From an uncultured bacterium (lineage in GTDB: Bacteria > Krumholzibacteriota > Krumholzibacteriia > LZORAL124-64-63): a stretch of DNA of 64,000 nt. The stretch lies in contig CAVSZB010000007.1 in assembly GCA_963732385.1 (NCBI GenBank), forward strand, positions 32,001 to 96,000, in the 5' to 3' direction. Below are positions 1 to 10,363 of this stretch, in pieces (positions within the stretch are counted from its first letter, which is position 1; each line of letters starts with the position of its first letter). The translations under genes and the position numbers were made by a program. The notes under the pieces were generated by a model. It saw only the letters and a list, made by a program, of their open reading frames with translations. It did no database searches and was not told the origin of the DNA.

Positions 1-1
1 G

Positions 2-196
2 GAGGCGCGTCTGAACCTGTCGCTCTCCGTGCGTGGCGCCCTGCGCTGCGCACGGGTGGCGCGGACGATCGCGGTCCTGCGCGGCGCCACGAGCACCGGA
101 CGGGAGGAGGTGGCGGAAGCCCTGGGCTACCGTCTGGAGTCGCTCGCCGGCTGGGCGCCAGGCGAAGAAGCGGATGCGGGAATTGCCCTGGGGTAG
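2..196 (+). CDS. comM: 3' end of YifB/ComM Mg-chelatase-like AAA+ ATPase (truncated by window start)
   Basis: Frame 2 reads ...LSLSVRGALRCARVARTIAVLRGATSTGREEVAEALGYR...* and matches the ComM C-terminal pattern (LSAR...VARTIA...EAL.YR). Not in the ORF track. Confidence 0.75.
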   Translation, partial: EARLNLSLSVRGALRCARVARTIAVLRGATSTGREEVAEALGYRLESLAGWAPGEEADAGIALG

Positions 197-198
197 CG

Positions 199-1110
199 CT
201 AGAAGGTGGCGGTGAAGCCGATGCCCCAGCTCAACACGCCGATATCATGCGCTTCGAACTCCGTCACCGTGCTCATGTCTCCACTGACAGGCAACTGTAA
301 GATCGGGATGAGGGTCGTGCCCTCGTCCTGTTCCATCCAGGTTTCGGCCGGATCGAAACGAATCCGTGAGTGGTTGTAAAGCGCCTCGACCCGGATGCTG
401 ATCAGGTCGTCGGCGACAAACCGGAACCCGGCGCCTCCCGCGAGCGTCCAGGCGGAGGTGGATCCCTGCGTATAGTTCGAGTTGAGGCTGTAATAGGAGC
501 GCCCGATCCCGCCGATCAGGAAGGGATGCAGGCGTCCGCTGGCGTCGCCCGTGATGTCGAACGGGTAGATGATGCCGTTTAGCCCCGAGTTCATCGTGAT
601 GCAGGAGCGCTGCTCGGCGTCGAATTCGCCGAGCGCGACCCCATAGATCCGCTCGTTGTTCGCCGGGTCCGTGGAGATGGAGACGGTGTTGACGATGTTC
701 GCCTTGTACTCCGAGACGGAAATTCCCCAGACCCCTTCGATAGTGAGCCATTTCCTGAAGCCATAGCCGAGGCGCAGAACCGGGTTGAAGGCGGAATCGC
801 CCTGCAGGACAATGTCGCCGAAGTATAGATTTTCGGTCGAGATGCGATAGATGATGGGGTTGGTAGACGAAAGCAAAGGGGTGCCCAGGTTGAGGTAGCC
901 GATGCTGAAGGTCGCTTCGAGCCTGCCCTGCCGGAGGCCCGGCGTCCAGGATGGCTTTGCGGCCTCCCGGGCCTTCGCCCGCGCGGTCGTGTCTGCCGCG
1001 GAGGTATGCTTCAGGTTGAAGGTCTTTTCGGGCGCTGGTGTCTGGGCAATGGCAACGCCACAGGTCAACACCAGCACCGTAAGCGCGGCAAGCAAGCTTC
1101 GCTGCGACAT
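199..1110 (-). CDS. Outer-membrane beta-barrel protein
   Basis: Start taken at MSQRSLLAALTVLVLTCGVAIAQ (signal peptide). Alternating amphipathic strands, HPFLIGGIG motif and a C-terminal BAM-type signal WGIGFTATF. Confidence 0.75.
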   Translation of the reverse strand: MSQRSLLAALTVLVLTCGVAIAQTPAPEKTFNLKHTSAADTTARAKAREAAKPSWTPGLRQGRLEATFSIGYLNLGTPLLSSTNPIIYRISTENLYFGDIVLQGDSAFNPVLRLGYGFRKWLTIEGVWGISVSEYKANIVNTVSISTDPANNERIYGVALGEFDAEQRSCITMNSGLNGIIYPFDITGDASGRLHPFLIGGIGRSYYSLNSNYTQGSTSAWTLAGGAGFRFVADDLISIRVEALYNHSRIRFDPAETWMEQDEGTTLIPILQLPVSGDMSTVTEFEAHDIGVLSWGIGFTATF

Positions 1111-1252
1111 TGATCGGCTCCCGTCAGGCTCTGTCGCGTTCCCCGGCTTGGCCCCGCAAAGCGCTCGGGCGCGCCCGTCGGCGCGGCGCAGGAACAGTGG
1201 GGATGAACGAAACACGGCCCTCCCGTGGGGAATAGGCGGGCCAACTCTGTAC

Positions 1253-1327
1253 AATGTCAGGTGCTGGCGTGCCGGTGTCAACTGCAAAGCTGATCGGTTG
1301 CCCCACCGTGTGCATCGGCCGTATATT
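1253..1327. promoter_or_regulatory. Candidate divergent sigma70 promoters
   Basis: Minus strand: TTGACA (1281-1276)-N17-GACATT. Plus strand: TTGCCC (1298-1303)-N18-TATATT (1322-1327). Confidence 0.4.
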
Positions 1328-1363
1328 CGCTCGAGTCGCATCCCTGACACGGAAAGGCCGCTC

Positions 1364-4187
1364 ATGAGCATCGACCCGCCCGCGTCGCGCGCACGCCGCT
1401 TCCACCGCCACGGCAGGAATAGTGAAAATTGCGGTGGCTGGCGCGGTGGCGCCTGGCTTCTGCCGCTGCTGTTGGGTGTGATGGCCCCGGCGGCCGGCGG
1501 TGCGATTCCCCTCAACTTCCCTGGCCAGGTCACCGTGCCGGTTTCGGCGCCCACCTCTACGGTGGTGGTGCTGGACATCAACGGCGATGGAATCCTCGAT
1601 CTGATCGTCGGTCTGGAGGATGGTCGCATCTCCGTGCTGCGCGGCTTGGGTTCGGGGCACTTCGTGGAGTCGTGGGGCTATGCGAGTCTTGGGGGCGGCC
1701 GCGTAGTCGATCTGCTGCTTGCCGCGCTGCACCCCGGGGACCCGCTCTCTCTGGTCGCCACCACGGTCAATCCCGACCAGCTCGCCATCTACGACTTCGT
1801 CGACGGAACGGTGTCTTTGAGCCTGCGGGTGTTGCTGCCGCTGCCGGAGGATCCCGCGGGGCTCGCGTCGGGTCTCGTGGCGCCGGACGGTTCGCTCCGT
1901 CTGGTGGTGACGTTGCCGGGCGTGGACCGCTGGCTGATCGCGGGCGAACAGGAGGGGGCCTGGCAGGTGCTGCAGGAGATCGACACCGGGGACCGTCCGG
2001 TCGACGCGGTGGTCATCGATCTGGAGGGCGACGGCCAGCCGGAAGTCGTCACGGCCGACAACGGCGTGCTCTCGCGCGGTCTTTCCATTCATCGCGCCGG
2101 CCTCGACGGTCGTTACAGTGTGGCCGCGCAGCTGGCCACGCCGGGCGCTCCGTCGGCCCTGTTCGCGTTCGACGCGCAGGGCGATGCGCGGCCCGAGCTT
2201 TTCGTGACCTATGCCGATTCTGCGCGGGTGACCTGCTATGCGGCGGAGGGGGCCGTGTTGGTGCCGGTAGTGAATCTGCCGGCGCCGTTGCCGGCGAGCG
2301 GTCTTCACGTGGCGCGATTCGACGGTGGAGAACTGGGCCTGTGGACCTGGAGCGGCACGCGGGGGGTCGCCAACTACTTCCGCAACGCCGGTACGGGGTG
2401 GGTCTTCGCGGAAACCTATTTTGCCGGCGGGCAGGCGGTCGACGGCCGGCTTACCGACCTGAACGGGGATTCCTACCCCGATCTCCTGATCGCCAACGGC
2501 TCGTCCGGGAACCTGGGGCTGCTTTTCGGCAACAACGTGCACCGTTTCCGCGCCTATCTCGCCACGCCGCTCCCGTCGCGACCGGCCGACGGTCGTCTGT
2601 ACGACGAAGATGGCGACGGACGTCTGGACTACGCGGTGACCTGCCAGGGGAGCCGTTCGGTGGAGGTCCTGCACGGTGACGGGCGGGGCCATCTGCTCCG
2701 CGATGTTCCCCCCGTAACGCTCGGTCAGGCTCCCGCGGGGCTGGCCGTGCTGCACGCCGACGCGGATCTTCGGCCTGACCTCGCGGTCACCTTGTTCGCC
2801 ATCGACCAGGCGGTGGTGTTGCGACGCCTGCCCGATGGCGGCTACCTCGAGACCGCGCGCTTCGCGACCGGAGATTTCCCGTTCCGGGTCGTGGCCGGCG
2901 ACCTCGACGGTGACGGCGCGGACGACCTGGTCGTCGCCAACCTGCTGTCGTGGAACTTCACTGTCGCCTGGGGAGCGGGCGACGGCACTTTTCCCGCCAC
3001 GGGCACCCTGTCGCCCCTGAGCATGATCGAGGATGTGGCGCTGGCCGATCTGAACGGGGACGGACTGCCTGATATCGTCGCCGTCAATGGTCAGTCGGCG
3101 CTTTTCACCATGCTCAATATTGGTGGGCGCGCTTTCGACCCCGCCACGGTTCTATTCGCTGCCGGACCAGCCAGCCACGCTCGCCACCGGCGATCTTGAC
3201 GGTGACGGTGATGCGGACGTGGTCGTCGGGCTGCGGACAGGGGCGGCGGTCACGATCCTCGAGAACCACGGCAACGGCTTTCTCTCCACACGCGTGGCCG
3301 CGTGGCCGCTCGGCGGACGGCCGGGTGCTCTGGCGGTGGCCGACCTGGACCTCGACGGACTGCGGGACATCGTGGTAGCGCTGCCGGGACTGCAGGAAAT
3401 CGGGCTGCTGGTCAATAAGGGTGGCTGGGTCTGGTTCGAGCCCCTCAAGTGGGTCTCGGCGCTGACGCCGGCGGCGTTTGGCGTCGGTGATCTGAACGAC
3501 GATGGCATCCCGGACATCGTGCAGCTGGATCTCACGCTGGAATTGGCCGTCATCATGCTGAACGTCGAGCCCAATCCGGTGCCGGTGACCCCGGTTCCGC
3601 TGACGATCGCCTGCGCCGGAGAGCTCCTGGAGATCCGTGCCTGTCCCCCCGGGGGGGAGGGGTGGACAGTCGAGGCGGTCGGCGTTACCGGTCCGGTCGA
3701 TCTGGCGGTGGACGGCGTGGCCCGTTACGGAGAACTCATGCGCCTGGGCGACGGGTGGCTGCTCCGCCTGACCGCGGCGGACTGGGCCGCGGCCGGCCTG
3801 GCGGCCGGCTCGCCGGTGGAAGTGCGCCTGAGGGATCGCGGTCCGGGCGCCGCCGTGATCGCGGTTACCGTGCCCGCCGGCTGTCCGGCCGCCGCCGGGA
3901 CGGGGGAGGTGGCGGATCTGGTCCTTCTGGAGGCCCGCCCCAATCCGTTCAATCCGAGTGTGGAAGCGCGTTTCCGTCTGCCGCGCGCGGGGCTGGTCCG
4001 GGGGACGATCCACGACGCGGCCGGGCGACTGGTGGCGGATCTCGGGGAACGCTGGCTGGTGGCGGGAGAGCATACGTTGCGCTGGGATGGTCGGGGCGCG
4101 GACGGCCCGGCGGGGGCCGGTCTCTACCTGCTCACGGTTGCCGCCGAGGGTCGCGCCGTCAGCCGGAAGATGACATTGCTCAAGTGA
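1364..4187 (+). pseudogene. Secreted FG-GAP/VCBS-repeat protein with C-terminal FlgD-Ig/T9SS-like sorting domain, split by a +1 frameshift near 3139-3142 (pseudogene or sequencing error)
   Basis: ATG 1364 after GGAAAGG. Repeated DxNGDGxxDL motifs occur in both ORFs (1364-3199 and 3087-4187). Removing one C from gacCCCg joins them as ...GRAFDPPRFYSLPDQPATLATGDLDGDG.... C-terminus PNPFNP...RWDG...AGLYL...RKMTLLK. Confidence 0.8.
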
Positions 4188-4199
4188 GCGCCCGCCCGC

Positions 4200-5237
4200 T
4201 CAGCAGCCGGAAGCGGGTGGGCCGGGCGCGACCACGTCCGGATCGTCCGGCGTCGGGGCGACGAATCCGTTGGCGCCGAGAGTGCGGACCTCCTCCGCCA
4301 GCGTCACACCGAAACGCGCCCGCACCGCCTCGCGCATCCGTTCCACGAGGGTCCGCACCTGCGCGGCGGTGGCGTCGCCCCGGTTGATGATGATGTTGGC
4401 GTGTCCCGGGAAGACCACCGCGTCCCCCTCGTGCATTGTCTTTGCCCCGACCGCGTCGAGCAGTTCGCCGGCGGCCCGTCGGTGGCCGCCCGGTGTGGCC
4501 GGCGGCAGGTTCTTGAACCAGCTGCCGGCGCACGGTTCGCCGGTGGGGTGCTTGCGGTGGCGCTGCGCCAGCCGTTCAAGGCGTTCGCGTCCGGCGGCCG
4601 CCGGGTCGCCGCGGTCGAGGCGCAGCCGTACGGTCAGCACGACGCCGCCGTCGCCCTGCAGGGCCGATTGCCGGTAACCGAAGGCGAAGCGCTCCGGGCC
4701 GACCGTTTCCAGTCGGCCGTCCGCGTTGAGCACGGAGGCCTCGACGAGGAATTCGCCGATCTCGTGGCCGAAGCAGCCGGCGTTGCCGACGATTGCTCCG
4801 CCGACCGTGCCGGGAATGCCCGACGCGAATTCCAGTCCGGTGAGGCCGGCGTCCAGGGCGCGCGCCACGAGCGTGTCGAAAGGGAGCCCGGCGCCGACCG
4901 TCACGGTGTCGCCGCTTGCCGTGAAGTCGCCGGCATCGAGGCGCAGCACGCAGCCGCGGAAGCCGTCATCGATGGCCAGCACGTTGCTGCCGCAGCCGAG
5001 CGCGATGGTTGGCAAATCGTGTCCGGCGGCGAATTCCAGGAACCGGCGCGCGTCGTCGGGTGTTCGGACGCGGCACACGGCGGCGGCCGGGCCGCCGATG
5101 CGCAGGGTGGTCAGATCGCGCAGCAGCATCCCCGTGACGACATCCGCGGGGTGCGCGGCGACGAGCCGGCGCAGAGCCAGGTCTGCCGGGTCACGGGGCG
5201 CCGGCGGCGGGGTTGGAAAGGTTGGGAAGGGCGGCAT
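4200..5237 (-). CDS. murB: UDP-N-acetylenolpyruvoylglucosamine reductase
   Basis: Motifs TTLRIGGPA, LGCGSNVL, GLEFASGIPGTVGGAIVGNAG, CAGSWFKN, HANIIINRG, FGVTLAEEV. Confidence 0.95.
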   Translation of the reverse strand: MPPFPTFPTPPPAPRDPADLALRRLVAAHPADVVTGMLLRDLTTLRIGGPAAAVCRVRTPDDARRFLEFAAGHDLPTIALGCGSNVLAIDDGFRGCVLRLDAGDFTASGDTVTVGAGLPFDTLVARALDAGLTGLEFASGIPGTVGGAIVGNAGCFGHEIGEFLVEASVLNADGRLETVGPERFAFGYRQSALQGDGGVVLTVRLRLDRGDPAAAGRERLERLAQRHRKHPTGEPCAGSWFKNLPPATPGGHRRAAGELLDAVGAKTMHEGDAVVFPGHANIIINRGDATAAQVRTLVERMREAVRARFGVTLAEEVRTLGANGFVAPTPDDPDVVAPGPPASGC

Positions 5238-5369
5238 GCGTCCAGCATCGTGCCGCGGCGGCGCTCCGTCAAGGGACCGCGCATTGCCGCCGGTCCGGCT
5301 CCGGGCTAGATTCCCGGGGGAGGCGCGGCGGCGGGGCGCGCCGGCGCGAGGTGGTGGCCGGGACGGCCC

Positions 5370-6593
5370 ATGACGGGAGCGATCGTGGATCGACGCGCGA
5401 GCACGGATCTGAGGGCGCTGGGGCTCTCCCTTCTCGCGCATGGGCTGTTCCTGCTGCTCACCTGGCGGGTCGATTTCTTCCCGCCGCCGCGCGACGCGCG
5501 CGCCGCCGAAGCGGAGACGAGTGTCGAGCTGATTCTGGAGCCGGCGGTGCCGCCCGCGGCGGAGATCGTGGCGTTGCCGGTCGCGGCGGCGGAGCGTCCC
5601 CGGGCCTACCTCGATGTGCCGGAGCGTCTGCGCTCGCCCGAACCGCCGTCGCGCGCCGACTTTCTCGCGCTGGTCAACAGTCGCGCCGCCGACGAGGTCG
5701 CCGATGGGCGACCGGAGGGGGAGCCGAGCGCTCCCGTCGAGACCGAGGCGCCGCAGGTGGCGATCAAGCGCGCCGATCCGGAGGCAGGCGCTCCCGGGAG
5801 CGTGGTGATGCCGCCGGCGCGGCCGGCACAGGAGGAGCTCGAGGCGAGATCCGCCGCCGCGCGCGAGCGGAAAATTCCGCCGCGGGGCGCCGAGACGCTG
5901 GCGGGCGGCGGCTGGCCGTTGCCGGCCGGCCGGCCGGAATCGCGCGCGGGCGTGGGGCAGGGGGGGGAGGAGCAGTCGCCGCGCGCCGGCGGCGTCGCGG
6001 GCGAGCCGGAGGGGCTGCTCGAACAGGCGAAGCAGGAGAAGACATGGCAGTGGGACCTCGGCGCGGTGGACCCGCTCGATTTCCTGTCGCGGTCCGAGAG
6101 CGCGCCGTCGGCGGCGCGGCCGGGACGCGATGCGGGCGACCGTCTGTTCGAGTTCGACCAGTTCGCCACCGGCAGCCGCGAGGGGAACGCGCTGCTGTTC
6201 GGACCGTACCGTCTCAACACCTACGAATGGAATTTCGCGCCGTGGATGCAGCGTTTCGGGCAGGATCTGCGCCGCAACTGGATCGCGCCGTACGCGTACC
6301 GGCTCGGCGTTATCAGCGGCGCGACGGAGATGCGCGTGGTGGTCGAGCGCGACGGTCGCCTCGGCCCGCTCGAGATGCGGCAGCGCGAAGGGCACGAATC
6401 CCTGCACTTTTCCAGCGAGGCCGCAGTGCGCGGCGCGGCGCCGTATGCCGCCCTGCCGCCCGACTTCCCGGAACCTCGCCTTGAGATCATCCTGACCCTC
6501 GTCTATCCTGACTGGCACGCTCTGCTGCGCGAGCGGCAGACGCCGGAACGGCCGCGGGAGCAGGAACCGTCCCCGCGTCGCGGCCGCCGCTAG
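5370..6593 (+). CDS. TonB/TolA-family energy transducer
   Basis: N-terminal TM with SxxxH (LSLLAHGL), Pro/Glu-rich linker, TonB-C-like domain (VRGAAPYAALPPDFP). Lies directly before exbB-exbD. Confidence 0.75.
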   Translation: MTGAIVDRRASTDLRALGLSLLAHGLFLLLTWRVDFFPPPRDARAAEAETSVELILEPAVPPAAEIVALPVAAAERPRAYLDVPERLRSPEPPSRADFLALVNSRAADEVADGRPEGEPSAPVETEAPQVAIKRADPEAGAPGSVVMPPARPAQEELEARSAAARERKIPPRGAETLAGGGWPLPAGRPESRAGVGQGGEEQSPRAGGVAGEPEGLLEQAKQEKTWQWDLGAVDPLDFLSRSESAPSAARPGRDAGDRLFEFDQFATGSREGNALLFGPYRLNTYEWNFAPWMQRFGQDLRRNWIAPYAYRLGVISGATEMRVVVERDGRLGPLEMRQREGHESLHFSSEAAVRGAAPYAALPPDFPEPRLEIILTLVYPDWHALLRERQTPERPREQEPSPRRGRR

Positions 6594-6637
6594 GGCGGAC
6601 GCGGCGGTCACCCGAACGCGAGGTGGTCCTGAAGATC

Positions 6638-7288
6638 ATGTGGGAACTCATCCGCTCCGGCGGCCCGGTGATGATCCCGATCGGCATCAGTTCCCTTGTG
6701 GGGCTGGCTGTCCTGGTGGAACGCTTCGCGGCGCTGCGCCGCCGGCGCATCGTGCTGCCTGAAATCATCGAAGCCGTCGAGACCCTGGGCGCGGGGTCGG
6801 ACTTCACGGTGGCGCAGGCCATCCTCGACCGGAATCCGGGACCTTTCGCCAACGTGGTGCGCGCCGGTCTGGAGCACGGGGGGGCGGAGTGGCCGATCAT
6901 CCGCGACGCCATGCAGGAGGCGGGACGACAGGAGGCCGTGAAACTGTCGCGCAACCTGAACGTGCTCGAAACCGTGGCGGCCGTGGCGCCCCTGCTCGGC
7001 CTGCTCGGCACGGTGACCGGCATGATCCGCCTGTTCAACACCATTGGCACGCGGGGGATCGGGCAGGCGCAGTACCTGTCGGGCGGAATTTCCGAGGCGA
7101 TGATCACCACGGCGGCCGGCCTGATCATCGGCATCCCGGCGCTGGTTGCGCACAACTGGCTGCGTGGCCGGGCGGAGGGGATCATTTTCGATCTCGAGGT
7201 GTACGCGGCGAAGGTTCTCGACACCCTGCGCGCCCGCGGCCTGGCGCATTCGGCACCGGCGTCCGAGCGGATCGTGCGGACGGGGTAG
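6638..7288 (+). CDS. exbB: MotA/TolQ/ExbB proton channel protein
   Basis: APLLGLLGTVTGM and GISEAMITTAAGL motifs. Alternative GTG start at 6623. Confidence 0.9.
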   Translation: MWELIRSGGPVMIPIGISSLVGLAVLVERFAALRRRRIVLPEIIEAVETLGAGSDFTVAQAILDRNPGPFANVVRAGLEHGGAEWPIIRDAMQEAGRQEAVKLSRNLNVLETVAAVAPLLGLLGTVTGMIRLFNTIGTRGIGQAQYLSGGISEAMITTAAGLIIGIPALVAHNWLRGRAEGIIFDLEVYAAKVLDTLRARGLAHSAPASERIVRTG

Positions 7289-7291
7289 GGC

Positions 7292-7714
7292 ATGCAATTC
7301 CAGACGCGGCGGGGAAGCAGTCAGGCGCTGATCAATATCACATCGCTGATCGATGTGATGTTCCTGCTTCTGATCTTTCTCGTGGTCAGTTCGACTTTCA
7401 AGGACCAGACGGCCGTCAACCTGACGTTGCCCCGCTCGGCGTCGTCCGACGCGGCGCCGGAAGGGCCGGCGGTCGTCGTGCTGACGGCCGCCGGGGAAAC
7501 CTGGCTGAACGACCGGCGGCTCCCGGAGACGGAGCTGCGGCAGGCGCTGCGCCAGTTGCAGGCCGCCACGGGGGAGGACCGGCTGGTCCTGCGGGCCGAC
7601 ACGCACAGCCAGCATGGCGACGTGGTGCGGTTGATAGACATGGTGCGTGAGAGCGGTTTCACCAAGGTCAGCCTCTCGGCGCGGCGCGGCGAGGGGACGG
7701 AGGAGCGCCCGTGA
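7292..7714 (+). CDS. exbD: ExbD/TolR biopolymer transport protein
   Basis: INITSLIDVMFLLLIF (conserved Asp) and LRAD motif. Confidence 0.92.
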   Translation: MQFQTRRGSSQALINITSLIDVMFLLLIFLVVSSTFKDQTAVNLTLPRSASSDAAPEGPAVVVLTAAGETWLNDRRLPETELRQALRQLQAATGEDRLVLRADTHSQHGDVVRLIDMVRESGFTKVSLSARRGEGTEERP

Positions 7715-9102
7715 GCACGTGTCCGGCCCGAAAGGCTTCCTTATCAGTGGCTACGAATGGCGATCGGCCGACCGGCTTTGGCCGCGTAGCCGCGCTCCTG
7801 CTCGCCGCCGGACTGGCGCTCGGCCTTGCGGGTGGCTGCACCGGCGATACCGCGGGTCCGCTGGGGTCCGATCTGCCGCAGGGGCCCGGTTTCGACACCC
7901 TGCTCGTGCCGCTGGCGATCGACAGTCTGGAGACCTGCCGCCATTTCGCCGTCGTCGATACGGTCCACCCCTTCCCCCGCCAGCAGGTGCTGTATGTCGG
8001 GAAGCAGGGGACCGAGCGGTCGTCGATTCTCGTGCGTTATGATTTTTCCGTGTTCCAGGGGGCCGGATGGGACACGGTCGACTTCACCCTCGACAACATC
8101 CGGAGCGTCAAGCTGCGCCTGCAGGGGCTGAAATACTACGTCTCCCTGCCGCTCCCCGACGGCGAGGTCGGAGCGCTGATGAAGCGGCTGGTCGTCAACG
8201 AGCTGGTCGATCCGCTCGATCCGTCGCTCTACCCGGGGCCCGAGCCGGCGGTCGGGGCGCAGCTCTGTTCCGTCGAGGAAGGGAGTGGTCAGGAGATCAT
8301 CCTGCCCCTGCCGCGGGCCACCTTCCTGGCCTGGGTCATGGCCGGCAGTCACACCGGACTCAGGATCTCCGAAGGGGATTCGGTCGGGTCGCAGGCGGGG
8401 ATCGTGGGCTATGCCAGCAAGGAACTGACGCTGCCGGCAACTCTGCTCGCGCCGCTCGATTCAGGTACGCTCGTCGGACCGAATCTCCTGATCGAGTTCT
8501 GGGAGCCGGCGCAGATCGCCAGGCTGAGCCCGATCGTCGACGTTTCGACATTTTCGGCCGTCGATCCCCTGCCCGACTCGTCCGTCGACGGTATGGTCGT
8601 GCGCAGCCACCTGCGCAGCAATCCGTTGCTCGGGTTCTCGCTCGACGGTCTGCCCGAGGGGGCGGTGGTCAACCGGGCGGTGCTCACGGTGACGCTCGAT
8701 TCCACCCGCAGCTACGGACCGGCGGAGGCGATCGTCTGCTGTGAGGCGCCTGTTTCGTCCTTCCCCCCCGACAGCGCATCGTATCTGCTGGATGATCTGC
8801 CGTCTTTGCTGAAGGCCGCGGCCGGCGTGGTGGGGATCGAGACCAGCCAGAAACGACGGGTCCGGTTCGACCTGACGTCGACCGTCCAGCGCTGGGCCAA
8901 CGGGGTCTACGGTGAACCGTTGTTGTTCGCGCTGCTGCCGGCGGAAAATTTCCTCTCTGCTTACAATTCGAACAGTTGGGCTCCCGACGTCTTCTGGCAG
9001 CGCTTCTGGTTCTATGGCACCGTCGCGGCTGATCCGACCGACCAGCCCCGGCTGCTGATCCACTACACGCCGCGGCCCGGCACGGCGGGGAGGCAACTGT
9101 GA
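7711..9102 (+). CDS. Hypothetical lipoprotein (beta-rich, possibly DUF4270-like)
   Basis: Hydrophobic signal ending LAGGC (lipobox). GTGA overlaps couple it to both neighbours. Start uncertain. Confidence 0.55.
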   Translation: MSTCPARKASLSVATNGDRPTGFGRVAALLLAAGLALGLAGGCTGDTAGPLGSDLPQGPGFDTLLVPLAIDSLETCRHFAVVDTVHPFPRQQVLYVGKQGTERSSILVRYDFSVFQGAGWDTVDFTLDNIRSVKLRLQGLKYYVSLPLPDGEVGALMKRLVVNELVDPLDPSLYPGPEPAVGAQLCSVEEGSGQEIILPLPRATFLAWVMAGSHTGLRISEGDSVGSQAGIVGYASKELTLPATLLAPLDSGTLVGPNLLIEFWEPAQIARLSPIVDVSTFSAVDPLPDSSVDGMVVRSHLRSNPLLGFSLDGLPEGAVVNRAVLTVTLDSTRSYGPAEAIVCCEAPVSSFPPDSASYLLDDLPSLLKAAAGVVGIETSQKRRVRFDLTSTVQRWANGVYGEPLLFALLPAENFLSAYNSNSWAPDVFWQRFWFYGTVAADPTDQPRLLIHYTPRPGTAGRQL

Positions 9103-10328
9103 TGCGGTGGCCGACAGCGTGGGGGCGCGCGGCGGCGTGCCTGGTTCTGCTCGCGGCGGGAAGCGCCGTTCCCGCTCGGGCGCAGAGCCCGTTCAGTCTG
9201 GTGCATCTCGGTGCCCCGACGACCGGCGGCGATGCCCGCGTGTGCGGGCGGGGCGGGTGGGGGCTGGCCGAGAGTGACACTCTGGCGCCGTCGTTCCTGA
9301 ATCCGGCCGGTCTGCCGGGGCTGCGGCAGGTGGTCATTTCCCTGTCGGGCTACGGGGAGAGGATCCGCAGCGAGGGGGAGGCAGGCAGTAGCGACAATGC
9401 CCGCGTCATGCTGCCCGACGTCGCGGTGGCGATGCCGCTGGGGGATGGTCGCGCGGTGCTTGCCACCGGCCTCCACGCCCGTCGTTCGACACAGTACACG
9501 ACGAGTCTGTCGCGGGAGTGGTACGTCGGGGCCGAACTGCTCGCCGCCGGCGAGGAGGTCTTCTCGCGCGAGGGGACGCAGTTCGCGGTGCCCCTGACGC
9601 TGGCCGCCCGCGCCACAGGCGAGCTTTCGCTCTCCGCCTCGCTCAACCTCGAGCGCGGGGCGATCCGCGAACGGGTTGACAATTTCTTCCTCGATCCGGT
9701 GGACAGCCTCGGCTACCGCCGCTCCTCCCTGGTACGCGAGGACGATTTCAGCGGCACGTCGGCCAGTTTCGGTCTGCAGTGGCGTCCCACCGGCGCGCTG
9801 TCGCTCGGCGCTGTGTTCACGACCCCCTGGGATTACTCCGTGACGCGCCGGCAGGAGGTTTACAATGTCTCCGGCGCGGTCGATTCGGCGTACACCGTGC
9901 GCATGCCGGCGGACTGGGGCGTGGGCGCGAGCGCGCGTCTGGCCGCGCGCTGGCGCGTCGGGGCAGACTACGAATGGCGCGGTCTCTCGGATCTGCGGGG
10001 TCGACCCGACTGGGAGCTTGCCGCGGCGGATGAGTGGCGGATCGGATTCGGGTGCGAGCGCGCCGGGGCGCGCGTGCGTCGGGGGGGCTGGAGCAACCTG
10101 CCGCTGCGGTTCGGCGTTTCGCGGGGACAGTGGGGCTATCGGGTGGGCGACGAACCGGTCCGCGAGTGGCGGATTGCCGCCGGCACCGGCTTCGTCCTCA
10201 GCGCAGGCAATGGACGGGTCGACGTGGGCCTCTCCTATGGCCGGGTCGGCGATCGTGACCGCAACGGCTATGTGGATGACGTGTGGCGGCTGGCGCTGTC
10301 GGTAGTCGGTCTGGAACGTTGGTGGTAA
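9099..10328 (+). CDS. FadL/OmpP1-like outer-membrane barrel protein
   Basis: Signal peptide, QSPFS...LG N-terminus, GxGG...NPAGL plug motif, aromatic C-terminus ERWW. Confidence 0.7.
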   Translation: MMRWPTAWGRAAACLVLLAAGSAVPARAQSPFSLVHLGAPTTGGDARVCGRGGWGLAESDTLAPSFLNPAGLPGLRQVVISLSGYGERIRSEGEAGSSDNARVMLPDVAVAMPLGDGRAVLATGLHARRSTQYTTSLSREWYVGAELLAAGEEVFSREGTQFAVPLTLAARATGELSLSASLNLERGAIRERVDNFFLDPVDSLGYRRSSLVREDDFSGTSASFGLQWRPTGALSLGAVFTTPWDYSVTRRQEVYNVSGAVDSAYTVRMPADWGVGASARLAARWRVGADYEWRGLSDLRGRPDWELAAADEWRIGFGCERAGARVRRGGWSNLPLRFGVSRGQWGYRVGDEPVREWRIAAGTGFVLSAGNGRVDVGLSYGRVGDRDRNGYVDDVWRLALSVVGLERWW

Positions 10329-10363
10329 GGGCCGGCGGCGTGGATTCCGGCGAGGGAGGACTC

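Noticed and set aside
1111..1250. Riboswitch (cobalamin or c-di-GMP) in the leader of the OM barrel gene
   Set aside because: Only isolated short matches were found, and the conserved core motifs are not in the right order.
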